This document shows positions 41,478 through 63,830 of a DNA stretch of 64,000 bases, in pieces. The position numbers and the translations under genes are program-made. The DNA comes from the human T2T-CHM13v2.0 reference genome, Homo sapiens: the NCBI RefSeq assembly GCF_009914755.1, contig NC_060925.1. One strand, 5' to 3'. The notes beneath the pieces are model-generated. The model saw nothing but the letters and a program-made list of their open reading frames with translations, was not told the DNA's origin and made no database searches. Position 1 is the first letter of the stretch. Each line of letters starts with the position of its first letter.

Positions 41478-42009
41478 TGATGGGATTCAGGACATGCTAC
41501 TCCAAAGTATAACATCTTGGGGTATTGAATATTTTATGCTAAAGGAATATGAGTAAACCACAGAAGCAGGAAGGTCACTGTCACCCTCCCCCTGCCCTTC
41601 TTCCCTGAAGTCGATTGTAAGACTCTTATGTGAGAGGTGCCCTCTCTGTACCCAGAGGAAAGGTGCATCCTGGAGTGTGAAGACACAGGGACACAGAGAA
41701 GAGCCTGAACACAGAGGCCTGGCCACATTTTCCCCAGTTTGTTACTGTTAGATCATACTTTTATTGTCTTATCATACTTCTCCATGACTATCCATTCTTC
41801 AATAAAACTACTGTTAAAAAACAAATAAACAAAAAACTGAGGTTTAGCTGTTTCCATGGGCCTTCATTTTCTTTGGAAGGCGCTCCTGTCACATAAAACT
41901 TACATTAAACAAATACATATGTTCTTCTCTTATTAGTCTGTGTTTTGCTGTGAGGGTCTCAGCAGTGAACCTAGGCTGGGTGAGGAAAAGTCATATTTCC
42001 TCCCCGACA
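41478..42009 (+). mobile_element. ERV1 solo LTR (MER34-family)
   Basis: GATTCAGGACATGCTACTCCAAAGTAT...AGAAGCAGGAAGGTCAC...TTCCTCCCCGACA. Confidence 0.7.
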
Positions 42010-42419
42010 TGTACAAATGTCTTCCACTGTAAAGCTATAAAAATTTTATTGGGGCAGATGTGAAGCAAAAAATTGAATCATTATTCCCCTTTGGATGAGT
42101 TGAACAGATGAGCTAATAAACTCCCAGTTCCCCCCAGATAGAAATACTTCTCTAGCTCATTCCCCGAAGCTCCTTGAGGGTCAAACTTGTTGGAGATTGA
42201 GGGGCCTTCCTGGGATCTCCCAGCCCAGGAGGTTGCTGCTGGTGAGAGGATTGCTGCAGTCTCCCTGGGAGGGTGCATGGTCACTGGAAAGTATCACTGC
42301 TATAACTTCAATACAACCGGTTTTCATCACATCTGCTCTTTGTGCAGTGTTACAGGCAAAATACAAGAGCTAACATGCACATGAGTAACACATGCACATC
42401 ATCAACTGTGCCTGCAACC

Positions 42420-42660
42420 CAAAGTGCTACATGTCACACACAGTTGATGAGTGTGCGTATGTTTACTCATTTAGTCCTTACCTCAGGCAGAGGTCACGCC
42501 ATCACCTTCATCTTCCATATGAGAAAACTGAGATGCACAAAGATGTTAAGTGACCTGCCCAGGGTCACTCAGCCAGCAAAGGAGGATTTGAAAGTGGGAA
42601 TTTGAAGTGAAGGCAGCCTGTCTCCAGAAGACATTCTCAGAACCACTGTGTTTATACTGC
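42420..42660 (-). mobile_element. MIR
   Basis: ATGAGAAAACTGAG...GTTAAGTGACCTGCCCAGGGTCAC. Confidence 0.75.
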
Positions 42661-42666
42661 TCCTAA

Positions 42667-43433
42667 CAAAACCAGCCTTGCAAAAATTATGACAGTGAGA
42701 AAAACCTGACATAGGAAAACTATGACTGTGAAAGAAATCTGACCTAACTGACTGCATCTTGCTTCTAACCTCTGAGCTGCCCTTGTCCATTCCTGGGCAT
42801 AGGCCAGGCTAACTATGAGAGGAGTTTAGTTCCAAGTCTAAGTCTGAAACAGAGATGATTGCCCATTCCTGAGACAAACCCCTTCCTTTCTTGGGGATCA
42901 GACCTCCTTAGCAAAGCTAACAGATCAGGTACGAGATTGGAAATTATGGCTCAGGAGCCATGCAGCCAGAAGCCACATGATTCCTAAGCTCCCCAACTGT
43001 GCCTTATATAACAGTATTAGTGTCAAACCTAAGATTTGACAGGGTGTTCAAGGTATTTTTCAGACCCTGCCTTATGATGGACTAGCTGGCACACCCAGAC
43101 CGGTAAACTGTCTCATCTTGTCCTGTGGCCCTCACCCAGGGACTGACTCAGTGCCATAAACAAGCTCTGACACTGTGATTTCATCCCCAACGCAACCAAT
43201 CAGCTTTGCCCATTTCCTAGCCCCCTGCCTGCCAAACTATCCAAAAAAAAAAAAAAAAAACCCTAGTCTCCGAATTTGGGGGGAGGCAGATTTGAGTAAT
43301 AATAAACCCCTGTCCTGGTCCCTCAGCTGCCTTTGCATTTATTAAATTTTTTCTCTATTGTAGAAAGCCTGCTGTGCTCAGCTCCATTGGCTTTTCTGGG
43401 CAACCAGCAAGATAAACCTAGCAGGCAATTACA
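42667..43433 (+). mobile_element. LTR8A-like solo LTR
   Basis: CCTTGCAAAAATTATGACAGTGAG start, ...GCAATTACA end; 4-bp TSD CTAA. Confidence 0.8.
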
Positions 43434-44081
43434 CTAATAAAAGAAAAACACAAATGGTAAGCATGCTTGAAAAGAAATGTAAGTCTGTATATTTCTTTTG
43501 AAGAAACACAAAAGGAGGAGGAATGATAAGATAGGCAATACACTGTCCTAAATATTTTCATGATTCTCCTGCCTCCCGCATTTCCTTCTTATCCCAATAA
43601 CTGCTCCCCAGAAACCTTCAACTTAAACATGGTCCTGCCAGAACTGGGTTTGTCCTTCCCTTTACATTTTCCTCTCGCCTGCCCCACACCCCTTCCATAT
43701 CTAATCTGTCCTTTCACTTCCAAGTCATTGAGTTTTTCCATTTAAAAATATGAAAGATACGGAAAGAAGAAGATAACCAGTTATCCATATTAGCAAAGTA
43801 CTGTTCACATATGTACATATTTTTCTTCCAAACAATTTTAAAGTTACTCTCATTTAAAAAAAAATTATACATGCTTAGCATAGACCATACCACCAATACA
43901 GAAAAAGTACAGATACATAAAATTTCTGATCACGTTAAGTTCAAAATAATTTTTGTTAACATTAGGGCAACACTCATTGAGTCATGTTCTTCTGGTATAT
44001 CTACAGAGACAGTGTATATTTTAGGTAGACTGGCCCCCGCCCCATGCACCCATAAAAGAAAAAATAGAACAATAAAGAAAG

Positions 44082-44082
<1 letters not shown>

Positions 44083-44128
<46 letters not shown>

Positions 44129-44165
44129 TTATATATTTTATATATATATATCCACATACATATAT
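44083..44165. repeat. (TA)n microsatellite, (TA)21 perfect core
   Basis: Directly visible. Confidence 0.97.
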
Positions 44166-44328
44166 GCTTTTGTAAAATTGAGCTTAGACTGTATTTTTAT
44201 TTTACAAATATTCCATTTAATAGTGCATGAATTTAACTGAAGACAGAGACAGAAACACAAATGAAGGAATTCCTGAACTCTCAATCACATTTAGAGAGAC
44301 ATTTTCTAAAGGAATCTTCTAAAGCTAA

Positions 44329-45835
<1,507 letters not shown>

Positions 45836-47568
45836 CAGGACTGGAGGAAGGCCTTCCCAAAGGCAGACAGAAGCTCATGTCTTTGTCAGAACCTCGGTAT
45901 TTCTGATGCGCCTGGAAGCCAATATCCAAGCCGTTCTCAGCCACCGGATTGGTGGGTCCTTTTGCTCAGAAACTCCTCGATGAGGAATCCCAAGCATACG
46001 TTAGTGATGACGGTCCCGAAACAAGGGACATTTCTTAAACATTCTAAAAACCCTTTTGCTCATCGGTAACGCAATGAAAGTTGTTTTCGGTCTTGCTTCA
46101 TATATTTTATATTTGAGCAAGGCAATGTCCGCTGTTGGGGTTAGAAGTAAATGGCTCGTCTTCATCAAACTAGATCAGTCCGTAAGAAGTACGGCTTCCA
46201 CTCGCAGTGTCCTGAACACTCGCTGGGCGTCCTGTGCGTTCTAGCCGGTTTTCTTTGGAGCCGCGGGTTTCTGCACCGCGCCCGGGTTGGGATGGCAGAG
46301 GCTTCTCGGGACGTGCGGATCTATGAGTGCCGTCCCCAGGGTAGCCACCAGGGGACGCCATAGGCCTTCCTTCCGTGGTCCTCTTTGCCTTTTTCGTTTG
46401 GGCCAGGTAGTTTCTATTGACCAGGACATTAGAGATCAGAAGTGGGTGGGGTCAGAAAACACACCCTGGGAGAGGCTGGCGAAATGCCCAGAACCTCCAT
46501 CACTAGGCCTGGGGTTTTCTTCTGTAGTGGAATTCTTGTGCTCATGTAGTGCAGGGACAAAACCAATTAGATACTTCTGGGAGTTAAAAAGAGATGAATT
46601 TACAATGCCATTTGAGAAGGGGTATTAAGGAAACGTCCGAATTTGCCAGGGTACTGATGCGTGTCTGGTGCAAAACGCAGGTTGAGAGAGAGCTAAGTAC
46701 TTCCTGTCCATGAAGGTGATAAGCGAGGGCCTGAAGAGGGACGGGGGAGGACACTGGCGCCAGAGATAGAAAGAGGCGGCTTGGGGGTGGGAAGCATGGG
46801 TCGGGGTGCTATTTAGAAAGTTGCCTGGCAATGGATGTGGGATGTGGAAGCGAGACATCAAACAAGAAGCTGTCACTTAAATGAAATCTGAAGAAAGACT
46901 AGATATGTAAACGGCAGGAGATAGTGGATCCGGCTCCTCATAAAATTTCCCGCTTTATATTTCAGGGAGGATCGCAGCGCATTTTCGCCAAGACAGGTGA
47001 GACTGCGGTTCTGACCTGCGTGTCTCGGGATGAATTGCGTTAGGGCACCTGGGCGCCGGTAGACCCCTTCCCCTCCGCAAAGTAAGCGTGTTATGTCTAC
47101 AACCCAACGGGAACACTAAGAGCCCCAAAGGCCCTGATTTCTTCCCAAAGAACAGCGCCCGTCTGCGTAGTTTGTACCTGGCTCTACCAAGTGAGAACAC
47201 ATTCCCCGCTAGCACAGAAATCCTACAAACTCCTGAGGGGGCTGCGCTTAGAAGCAGAGGCTGTGTAAAAGGTGATTGGGGGCTAGGGAAAAACAAGAAG
47301 ATTTTTACAGAGCGTGAGACCCCAAGAGAATGGAGACTATGGACCAATCTCTGCAAAAAGCAGCCTCATGTTGAAAGGAAGGAGCTGTGCGGCCTTCGCG
47401 CTACTTAGCTTGTGTTAAACAGGAACACAACGCCTGACGCTTATTTCTCCGGCAGGAACGACGGCGACATGTTACTTCCTGTTTCCCTGCCATCCGGCTA
47501 TAAGAATAACACACCACCACCAAGATTATACAGCAAAAAAAAGCGAGAAGTAGACCTTTGCATACCAA

Positions 47569-47581
47569 CTGCTTTTTGCAC
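47569..47581 (-). terminator. Degenerate snRNA 3' box
   Basis: GTGCAAAAAGCAG 9 nt past the U1 3' end, against RNU1 GTTTCAAAAGTAGA. Confidence 0.55.
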
Positions 47582-47590
47582 TGGAAAATT

Positions 47591-47754
47591 CAGGGGAAAG
47601 CGCGAACGCAGTCCCCCACTACCACAAATTACGCAGTCGAGTTTCCCACAGTTGGGGAAATCGCAGAGGTCAACACATCCGGAGTGCAATGGATAAGCCT
47701 CGCTCTGGAAAAACCACTTTCATGATCATACTATCTCCCCTGCCAGGTAAGTGT
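47591..47754 (-). ncRNA. RNVU1-17: Variant U1 snRNA gene (vU1), 164 nt, 11 substitutions versus U1
   Basis: Ungapped U1 match with U2C, C24G, C25U, C33U, G37A, C46U, G51A, C82U, C88U, A104C, A123G. Sm site, U1A loop and SL4 intact; PSE and DSE present. Symbol from recalled locus layout; could be a paralog. Confidence 0.95.
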
Positions 47755-47794
47755 GAGTTCACACATCTCCGCCCTGCGACAGCTCCATACGCCT

Positions 47795-47818
47795 CAACCT
47801 TTACAGACACGGTCACTT
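47795..47818 (-). promoter_or_regulatory. PSE of the vU1 gene
   Basis: AAGTGACCGTGTCTGTAAAGGTTG at -64..-41, matching RNU1 AAGTGACCGTGTGTGTAAAGAGTG. Confidence 0.9.
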
Positions 47819-47959
47819 GCCCCGCGCACCCGCACCCCCACCCCCACCCCGCCCCATGCCACCCGGAGCCCTCCTAGCCCTGACACACAGCTGGGACTCT
47901 CACGTCCAACCAGCGGTCCTGGACTTGCTCCCAAAGCAGGAGAAATCCTTCGTGGGAAG

Positions 47960-48003
47960 CAGCAGCCCCTAAGCTGCCTCATCTACGTAGGAATCGCCCT
48001 ATC
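47960..48003 (-). promoter_or_regulatory. DSE of the vU1 gene (variant octamer ACGTAGAT at 47981-47988)
   Basis: AGGGCGATTCCTACGTAGATGAGGCAGC aligns with RNU1 AGGGCGACTTCTATGTAGATGAGGCAGC at about -230. Confidence 0.8.
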
Positions 48004-48855
48004 CGTGATGTCACCGACAGCGCCTTTCCCGGTCCCCATCTGCTCTTCCGCCCGACCCTCCGCCACTCAGCCGACCAACCCGCTGCGGGAGCCGGCGGAG
48101 GAAGTGAAGTCTACCTCTATCTCCTTTCCCTCCCTTCCCCACCCCTGGTCTCTCCCAAAGAAGTAGGTTCTTAGCCTGTGATGCCAAGGACCCCTTTGGC
48201 GGCCAGCTGGAGCCTGGGCGCTCTTCTTTGAGTAATGGCTTTTAATGCGCAAACTAGAAAGTTTAGGATTACGAAGAAAACCGGTTCTTTTCACATACGG
48301 TTATCCTTGTGATGTACCATTCCGCTTGACAGTGGAAGTCGTTCAATATCAGAGAGAAACAGTATCTATGAAACTAGAGAGGCTGCTCAGATGACTGCAA
48401 ACCAGCCATCCTTACTTGTTTTATCACTAGGAATATTATAAAGACGGCTGTCCAGTTTCATCAATCTTGTAGGGTTTTTTTCAAATACAGCAATGTACAA
48501 AAATGTGCTGCCCCAGCAGAGCACACTGGACACTCAGGCATGGTGCTGGAGTCGTTTTGCCATCTCTTCACTGCCTTCTCTAGACCTTAGCGCTTACCTC
48601 ATGTTAACACTTTATATGCTGCAAAGACAGAAACAAAGTCATCCAAATGTGGCAAAAATATTTTGGGGAAATTTTATTTCAGGTATTTAACTGATTACTT
48701 TTAATATGTAGGCAACAACACCAAACTCTGACAATACTCCGCAGACTTATTAATGGTTTCCACCCCCGTCTCTGCAAATCTATCAGGCAAGTTTTTCCCG
48801 CCCTTTACTTTCATATAAACTGAGTCATACACTGTGTAGTGAGTTTTGGGGGGAG

Positions 48856-49558
48856 TGTTACTGCCCAACAGGTTCACCTTGCCTGCTGCCTAGACAGAGC
48901 CAATTTTTTGACACAGGGGAATTGCAATAAAGAGTTATTTAAACAGAGCTGGCTGTGTGGGAGACCAGACTTTTATTTTTACTCAAATCAGCCTCCTCAA
49001 GCATTCCGGGACCAGTTTTTAAGGATAATTTGGTGGATGGGGGCCAGTGAGTTGGGAGTTCTGATTGGTCAGGTCAGAGATGAAATCACAGGGAGCTGAA
49101 GCTGTCGTCTTGTCCTGGGTCAGTTCATGTGTGGGGGACACAAGACCAGATGAGCCAGGTTATCAGTCTAGCTGGTGCCAGCTGATCCACTGAGTGCAGG
49201 GTCGGCAAAATACCTCAAGCACTGATCTTAGGTTTTCCAATAATGATGTGATCTCCAGGAACAATTTGGGGAGGTTTAGAATCTTGCAGCCAGAGGCTAC
49301 ATGACTCCTAAACCATAATTTCTAATCTCGTGGCTAATTTGTTAGTCCTGCAAATGCAGTCTAGTCCCCAGGCAGGAAAGGGGATATTATCATCTTTGTT
49401 TCACAGCTAAACCATAAACTAAGTTCCTCCCAAAGTTATTTTGGTCTGAGCCCAGGAATGAACAAGGACAGCTTGGATGTTAGAAACAAGATGGAATCAG
49501 ATCAGATCTCTTTCACCGTGATAATTGTCCCAGTTCTAATTTTTCAAAGGCAGTTTCA
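48856..49558 (-). mobile_element. LTR8 solo LTR
   Basis: Minus strand starts TGAAACTGCCTTTG and ends GTAACA; TSD GGAG/GAAG. Confidence 0.85.
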
Positions 49559-49702
49559 GAAGCAGAGGCATAGGTTTGACTTCTTTCACTCAGTCTTATG
49601 TCTATGAATTTTTCACCTTATTCATATGGTTATTTGTTTCTGTGTGTCTTACTTTGTATGAATATACATTAACTTATTTATTCATTTGACTGTTGTTGAA
49701 CA

Positions 49703-50152
49703 TGTTGACCTAAAAGAAAGAGGCTGAAGCACAAAACATAATATAGAGTTTACTTGAGCCAACATGAAGACAGCTGCCTGGAAGACTCACACCCAAGGAA
49801 CCTTGGATCTGAGCTCCCTTTGGCTTTTGTCACAAGCAGGTTTTTAAGGTCAAAAGCAGGGACAGACAGTAGGCTGATAGAAAGGTGCCTGTCAGGAATT
49901 CTCATTGGTTTACAGAAATAACATTGATTGGTGATTGGCTTTATGTTGTTAAGTTATAGGCTATGGGGTATAGTGTTTGGTGTGGCATTATTAGGATAAT
50001 TTACAGCGACTTGAGGCGATATCAAGCAGTTTCAACAGATGAATACATAGCTCAAAAGGAAGGAATGGAAAGGGGTTTCTCTCTCGATTTAACATCTCTC
50101 TGGGCCTGATCATTTGAAAGGGCTCACATTCCTCAGATAAAAATTTTTTTAA
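49703..50152 (-). mobile_element. 3' LTR (MER65-like) of the ERV1 provirus
   Basis: Colinear with 59382-60175 (TGGTTTACAGAAATAACATTGATT, GATGAATACATAGCTCAAAAG); ends ...AGGTCAACA on the minus strand. Confidence 0.8.
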
Positions 50153-50153
50153 G

Positions 50154-52289
50154 TCCTCCTCTCCCTCTCCCTCGTCTCCCTCTCCCTCCTCTCCCTCTCC
50201 CCACGGTCTCCCTCTCCCTCTCTTTCCACGGTCTCCCCCTGATGCCGAGCCAAAGCTGGACTGTACTGCTGCCATCTCGGCTCACTGCAACCTCCCTGCC
50301 TGATTCTCCTGCCTCAGCCTGCTGAGTGCCTGCGATTGCAGGCGCGCGCCGCCACGCCTGACTGGTTTTCGTATTTTTTTGGTGGAGACGGGGTTTCGCT
50401 GTGTTGGCCGGGCTGGTCTCCAGCTCCTAACCACGAGTGATCCGCCAGCCTCGGCCTCCCGAGGTGCCGGGATGGCAGACGGAGTCGCGTTCACTCAGTG
50501 CTCAATGGTGCCCAGGCTGGAGTGCAGTGGCGTGATCTCGGCTCGCTACAACCTCCACTTCCCAGCTGCCTGCCTTGGCCCCGCAAAGTGCCGAGATTGC
50601 AGCCTCTGCCCGGCCGCCACCCCGTCTGGGAAGTGAGGAGCGTCTCTGCCTGGCCGCCCATCGTCTGGGATGTGAGGAGCCTCTCTGCCTGGCTGCCCAG
50701 TCTGGAAAGTGAGGAGTGTCTCTGCCCGGCCGCCATCCCATCTAGGAAGTGAGGAGCGTCTCTGCCAGGCCGCCCATCTTCTGCGATGTGGGGAGCGCCT
50801 CTGCCCTGCCGCCCCGTCTGGGATGTGAGGAGCGTCTCTGCCCGGCCGCCCCGTCTGAGAAGTGAGGAGACCCTCTGCCTGGCAACCGCCCCGTCTGAGA
50901 AGTGAGGAGCCCCTCCGCCCAGCAGCCACACCCTCTGAGAAGTGAGGAGCCCCTCCGCCCGGCAGCCACTCCGTCTGGGAAGTGAGGAGCGTCTCTGCCT
51001 GGCAGCCACCCCGTCTGGGAGGGAGGTGGGGGTCAGCCCCCCGCCCGGCCAGCCGCCCCGTCCGGAAGGGAGGTGGGGGGGTTAGCCCCCCTCCCGGCCA
51101 GCCGCCCCATCCGGGAGGGAGTTTGGGGGGTCATCCCTCTGCCCGGCCAGCTGCCCGTCCGGGAGGGAGGTGGGGGGGTCAGCCCCCCACCCGGCCAGCC
51201 GCCCCGTCCGGGAGGTGAGGGGCGCCTCTGCCCGGCCGCCCCTACTGGGAAGTGAGGAGCCCCTCTGCCCGGCCAGCCGCCCCGTCCAGGAAGGATGTGG
51301 GGGGGTCAGCCCCGGGCCCGGCCAGCCGCCCCATCCGGGAGGTGAGGGGCGCCTATGCCTGGCCGCCCCTACTGGGACGTGAGGAGCCCCTCTGCCCGGC
51401 CAGCCGCCCCGTCCAGGAGGGAGGTGGGGGGGTCAGACCCCGCCCGGCCAGCCGCCCCATCCGGGAGGTGAGGGGCGCCTCTGCCCGGCCGCCCCTACTG
51501 GGAAGAGAGGAGCCCCTCTGCCCGGCCAGCCGCCCCATCCGGGAGGGAGGTGGGAGGGTCAGCCCCCCACCCGGCCAGCCGCCCCATCCGGGAGGGAGGT
51601 GGGGAGGTCAGCCCCCCGCCCGGCCAGCCGCCCTGTCCGGGAGGGAGGCGGGGGTGTCAGCCCCCCGCCCGGCCAGCCGCCCCGTCCGGGAGGTGAGGGG
51701 CGCCTCTGCCCGGCCGCCCCTACTGGGAATTGAGGAGCCCCTCTGCCCGGCCACCACCCCGTCTGGGAGGTGTACTCAACAGCTCATTGAGAACGGGCCA
51801 TGATGACAATGGCCGTTTTGTGGAATAGAAAGGGGGGTAAGGTGGGGAAAAGATTGAGAAATCGGATGGTTGCCATGTCTGTGTAGAAAGAGGTAGACAT
51901 GGGAGACTTTTCATTTTGTTCTGTACTAAGAAAAATTCTTCTGCCTTGGGATCCTGTTGATCTGTGACCTTACCCCCAACCCTGTGCTCTCTGAAACATG
52001 TGCTGTGTCCACTCAGGGTTGAATGGATTAAGGGTGGTGCAAGATGTGCTTTGTTAAACAGATGCTTGAAGGCAGCATGCTCGTTAAGAGTCATCACCAC
52101 TCCCTAATCTCAAGTACCCAGGGACACAAACACTGCGGAAGGCCGCAGGGTCCTCTGCCTAGGAAAACCAGAGACCTTTGTTCACTTATCTGCTGACCTT
52201 CCCTCCACTATTGTCCTGTGACCCTGCCAAATCCCCCTCTGCGAGAAACACCCAAGAATGATCAATAAAAAAAAAAAAAAAAAAAAAAA
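50154..52289 (+). mobile_element. Full-length SVA retrotransposon (SVA_D-F class)
   Basis: (CCCTCT)n, antisense Alu-like domain, GC-rich VNTR (~50600-51770), SINE-R, AATAAA plus poly-A; imperfect TSD AAAAATTTT(TTT)AA. Confidence 0.97.
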
Positions 52290-52468
52290 TTTTAAAAATC
52301 TTTCTTCTTGAAAGCATTGATGATCAAAAGCTCAGTCAAGGTGTCCCTCTTTGCCAGAAAGGCTCATTCCCAGATAGTCCTATCCCAGGCAGGGGACAGG
52401 GAAGGAAAGGAGCCACCTCACCAAGGAATTTTTAAGAATGACCACAAGTCCAATTGAAAGGGCATTAC

Positions 52469-57178
<4,710 letters not shown>

Positions 57179-58638
57179 AGGGAAGTCTTTTATGATATTC
57201 TTAATTCACATTTTGGTGAAGCAGTATACAGAATGGTAGGCTCCCTTCTTCCTGTGGATTTTACCTTGAAAGGGGCTGTCAGAACAGAAGTTTCAGGGAA
57301 GGGACCAGAGCCCTGGGGACTTTCCTTAGGTGATGGTGATGGAAGAAGAGGCAAGGCAGGAAAGGAGGGCTCAGGTAAGGGAGACTATGCAGGTACAGGG
57401 GCAGGAGAAGAAGGAGCAGTTGGGGGCGAAAGAGACAAAGCCTCCTCAATATTTCTCAGTTCAGAAAACATGTCAGTTTAGCTCCTTCAGCTTACTTCCT
57501 CACTGGAGATAATTTTCTCAGTTCTTTTAGAAATTTCTAGGTATAATTGGAAGTAAGTCTCCCATTTAATTTGGTTCTAAAACCAAATTTTTCCAATTGT
57601 GCACACTAATAAATTATTTTAAGCATTTCAAAATATCCCCATTTTCTTCATTCTGCTTATGATTTTTCCTGGTTAGGTGGGTCCAGTTTCTTGGATATTT
57701 ACAAGAGAATGCCTCATAAGTGTTATACATAAACCCAGCTGATGTTTCTAAAGGTGGTTGTTTCTTCGCAGTGTGCTAAATTTTGAAGCTTGATTTCCCA
57801 TAATTCAGGAGCTTTTCAGATGACCAAGGCCTGCGATGTGTTTTGGGTCACAGTGTGGTGCTTATGAAGTCACTCCTACAGATAACACCGGAGTTGTGTA
57901 TTGCTGTCTCAGTGGTTCCCACTGTTTCTAACCACCAGGTGGCCACAGAGTGCATGTGCTATGAGGGACCCATCCCACATATGCCCTCCCAGAAGAGCAG
58001 GAAAGGGGGTTCATAAAGATGTTCTTCTGATAGGGAGTGCCCTATGAGGCCACCTTCACATGGTGAGTAATGACCCCGACACCTCTGCAACATCCCCGAT
58101 CACTTGGAGCACCTGAATGGATCAGCGGGAGCAGATCACTTCTTTTCTTCAGGGCAAGGGAACACACCTCCGTGCACTTTCCAGTTAAGAACAGGAACTA
58201 GTCACAAATGAAAAGCTAAGTCCGAATGTTCAAAACAACATGCTACATAAAACGAAACCACCAGAGCATACCTGCCAATACCTTGGCCCAGATCTTCCTG
58301 CTGAGGAACAGAGGCAGAAAAGGCAGAAGCTCTCTGGGGAGCTCTTTGCCTGACTGTGACCCAAACTTTCTGTCCTGACGCAGAGGTGGAAAAGGCAGTT
58401 ATTTCCCCCTGAAACTCAAATCTCTTACTCACAGGGTAAAGACAGAAAACCTCCGTTCTAGAAAGGGAGAGCTGGAAAGGACACTCAAGCAAACTCCAGG
58501 CCTTCAACCAAAGAGTGGGAAGGTCCAGATTTCAGGAGGATTCACCACTTACTACTGCCCAACTCTTTCTCTCAGAGTCAGAACTCAAGGGCTTCAGATC
58601 TGGCCAGGCACCCAGTCCAGGAGGAATGTGGTGTGATC

Positions 58639-59334
58639 TGAGAGATGAAAATACATGCCCCCTTAGAGACTAAGGCAGACTCGAAAGTTAAGGAAACAAA
58701 AGTTAGCTACTTGTCCAGGGTTCAGGGCTCATCTGGCATGGCAACTTCCTGAATTCCTATGGCTACAGGAAAAACCACACTCTTGCTAAACTCCTTAACA
58801 ATAGAACTAGCAAGCAAATTGTCAAAACCTTCCCAGCCCTTCTCAACTGGATTTACAACCCAGATCACTAGACCTCTGATGGGACAGAAGAGTGGCCTTC
58901 CATTCTCTCCTGATAAGCAACTGCGGATATCAAGCCAGTTTCAGCCATGTTACAGGGACTGCACACAAACCGACTTGGTGTCCAGCAGTTCACCTTTTGA
59001 CATAAAAAGCCAATTTCCACCTTATTTTAATGCTAAAATCCCTTCCCAATGTGAAGATGGGGTGCATGTTACATATATGTTTACCCTTTGCACATGAGCT
59101 CAATACCCCTCAGAAATGGCGTTTCTCCAAACCTGCTGAATATGTATAACTCCATTGTGTGATACACACCCTGTGAGGCACTAAAACCAAACTGCCCTCT
59201 CTCTCTCTCTGAAGAGAAAGCACCTTTTCAAAGACACACACCAGAGACTGTCTCTTCCTGGACTGCAAACTGATCTCACCAATGAAATTCTTACTACTAT
59301 GTAGCCACCCTGGAGGCCTTTGAGAGGATAGTCA
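58639..59334 (+). mobile_element. Solo LTR (MER39-like) nested antisense in the ERV leader
   Basis: TG...CA bounded, with GTTAAGGAAACAAAAGTTA and AAAAACCACACTCTTGCTAAACTCC motifs; TSD GATC/GATG. Confidence 0.6.
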
Positions 59335-59359
59335 GATGGTCAGAGATGAGTTGCTCTGA

Positions 59360-59377
59360 ATCCTGCTCCCAGGGCCA
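59360..59377 (-). other. Primer-binding site complementary to tRNA-Ser(CGA)
   Basis: TGGCCCTGGGAGCAGGAT versus the expected TGGCGCTGTGAGCAGGAT (16/18), 4 nt from the 5' LTR end. Confidence 0.75.
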
Positions 59378-59381
59378 AAAA

Positions 59382-61981
<2,600 letters not shown>

Positions 61982-62189
61982 GTTTTTATTTGTATAGTTG
62001 TGAGAAGTGCTTATATTGCTGACTCCATTGCTTATTTGTGATCATATAAATCTCTTTTCTTCTTTCTCTAGTGTGATTTAAACTTAATCCTTAAAGAACA
62101 TGTATTTCAGCTGGTTAGAGTTTTTTAGCTAGTAGAAACCTGAGTATATGAATCAAAGAAAACTGCTCCTTACATGCCACAGACTTAGT

Positions 62190-62191
62190 TT

Positions 62192-62250
<59 letters not shown>
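62190..62250 (+). repeat. (TTTC)n microsatellite
   Basis: Directly visible. Confidence 0.97.
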
Positions 62251-62589
62251 GTACTAAGATTTATTTTAGGTATAGTAATTTGTTAAAGCCAAGAGCTCCT
62301 ATGGAATGAAGTTAGATGGGAGGGGGGCATTGAGTAGTAAGGTCATCCTTATAATAGAGATGCCACTCTTGCAGATATTGACAGCTATTGGGCCCAAAAA
62401 ATTGTAACCAAATGTTGGAAAGACAAGATATGAGCAACTTCTGATTGCTGCAGTCTCAAATATCAAGAAATACCGTTATCCTCAGGACAATGAATACACA
62501 ATCAAAAAAGACTCACAGACTAGATTAGCTGTCATGTATCATCAAACAGGGACTGGATCCTTGTCAAACACCACCCAACAGAGATTGTC

Positions 62590-63830
<1,241 letters not shown>

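Noticed and set aside
49991-52100. Many overlapping Pro/Gly/Arg-rich ORFs
   Set aside because: Stop-poor SVA Alu-like domain and VNTR.
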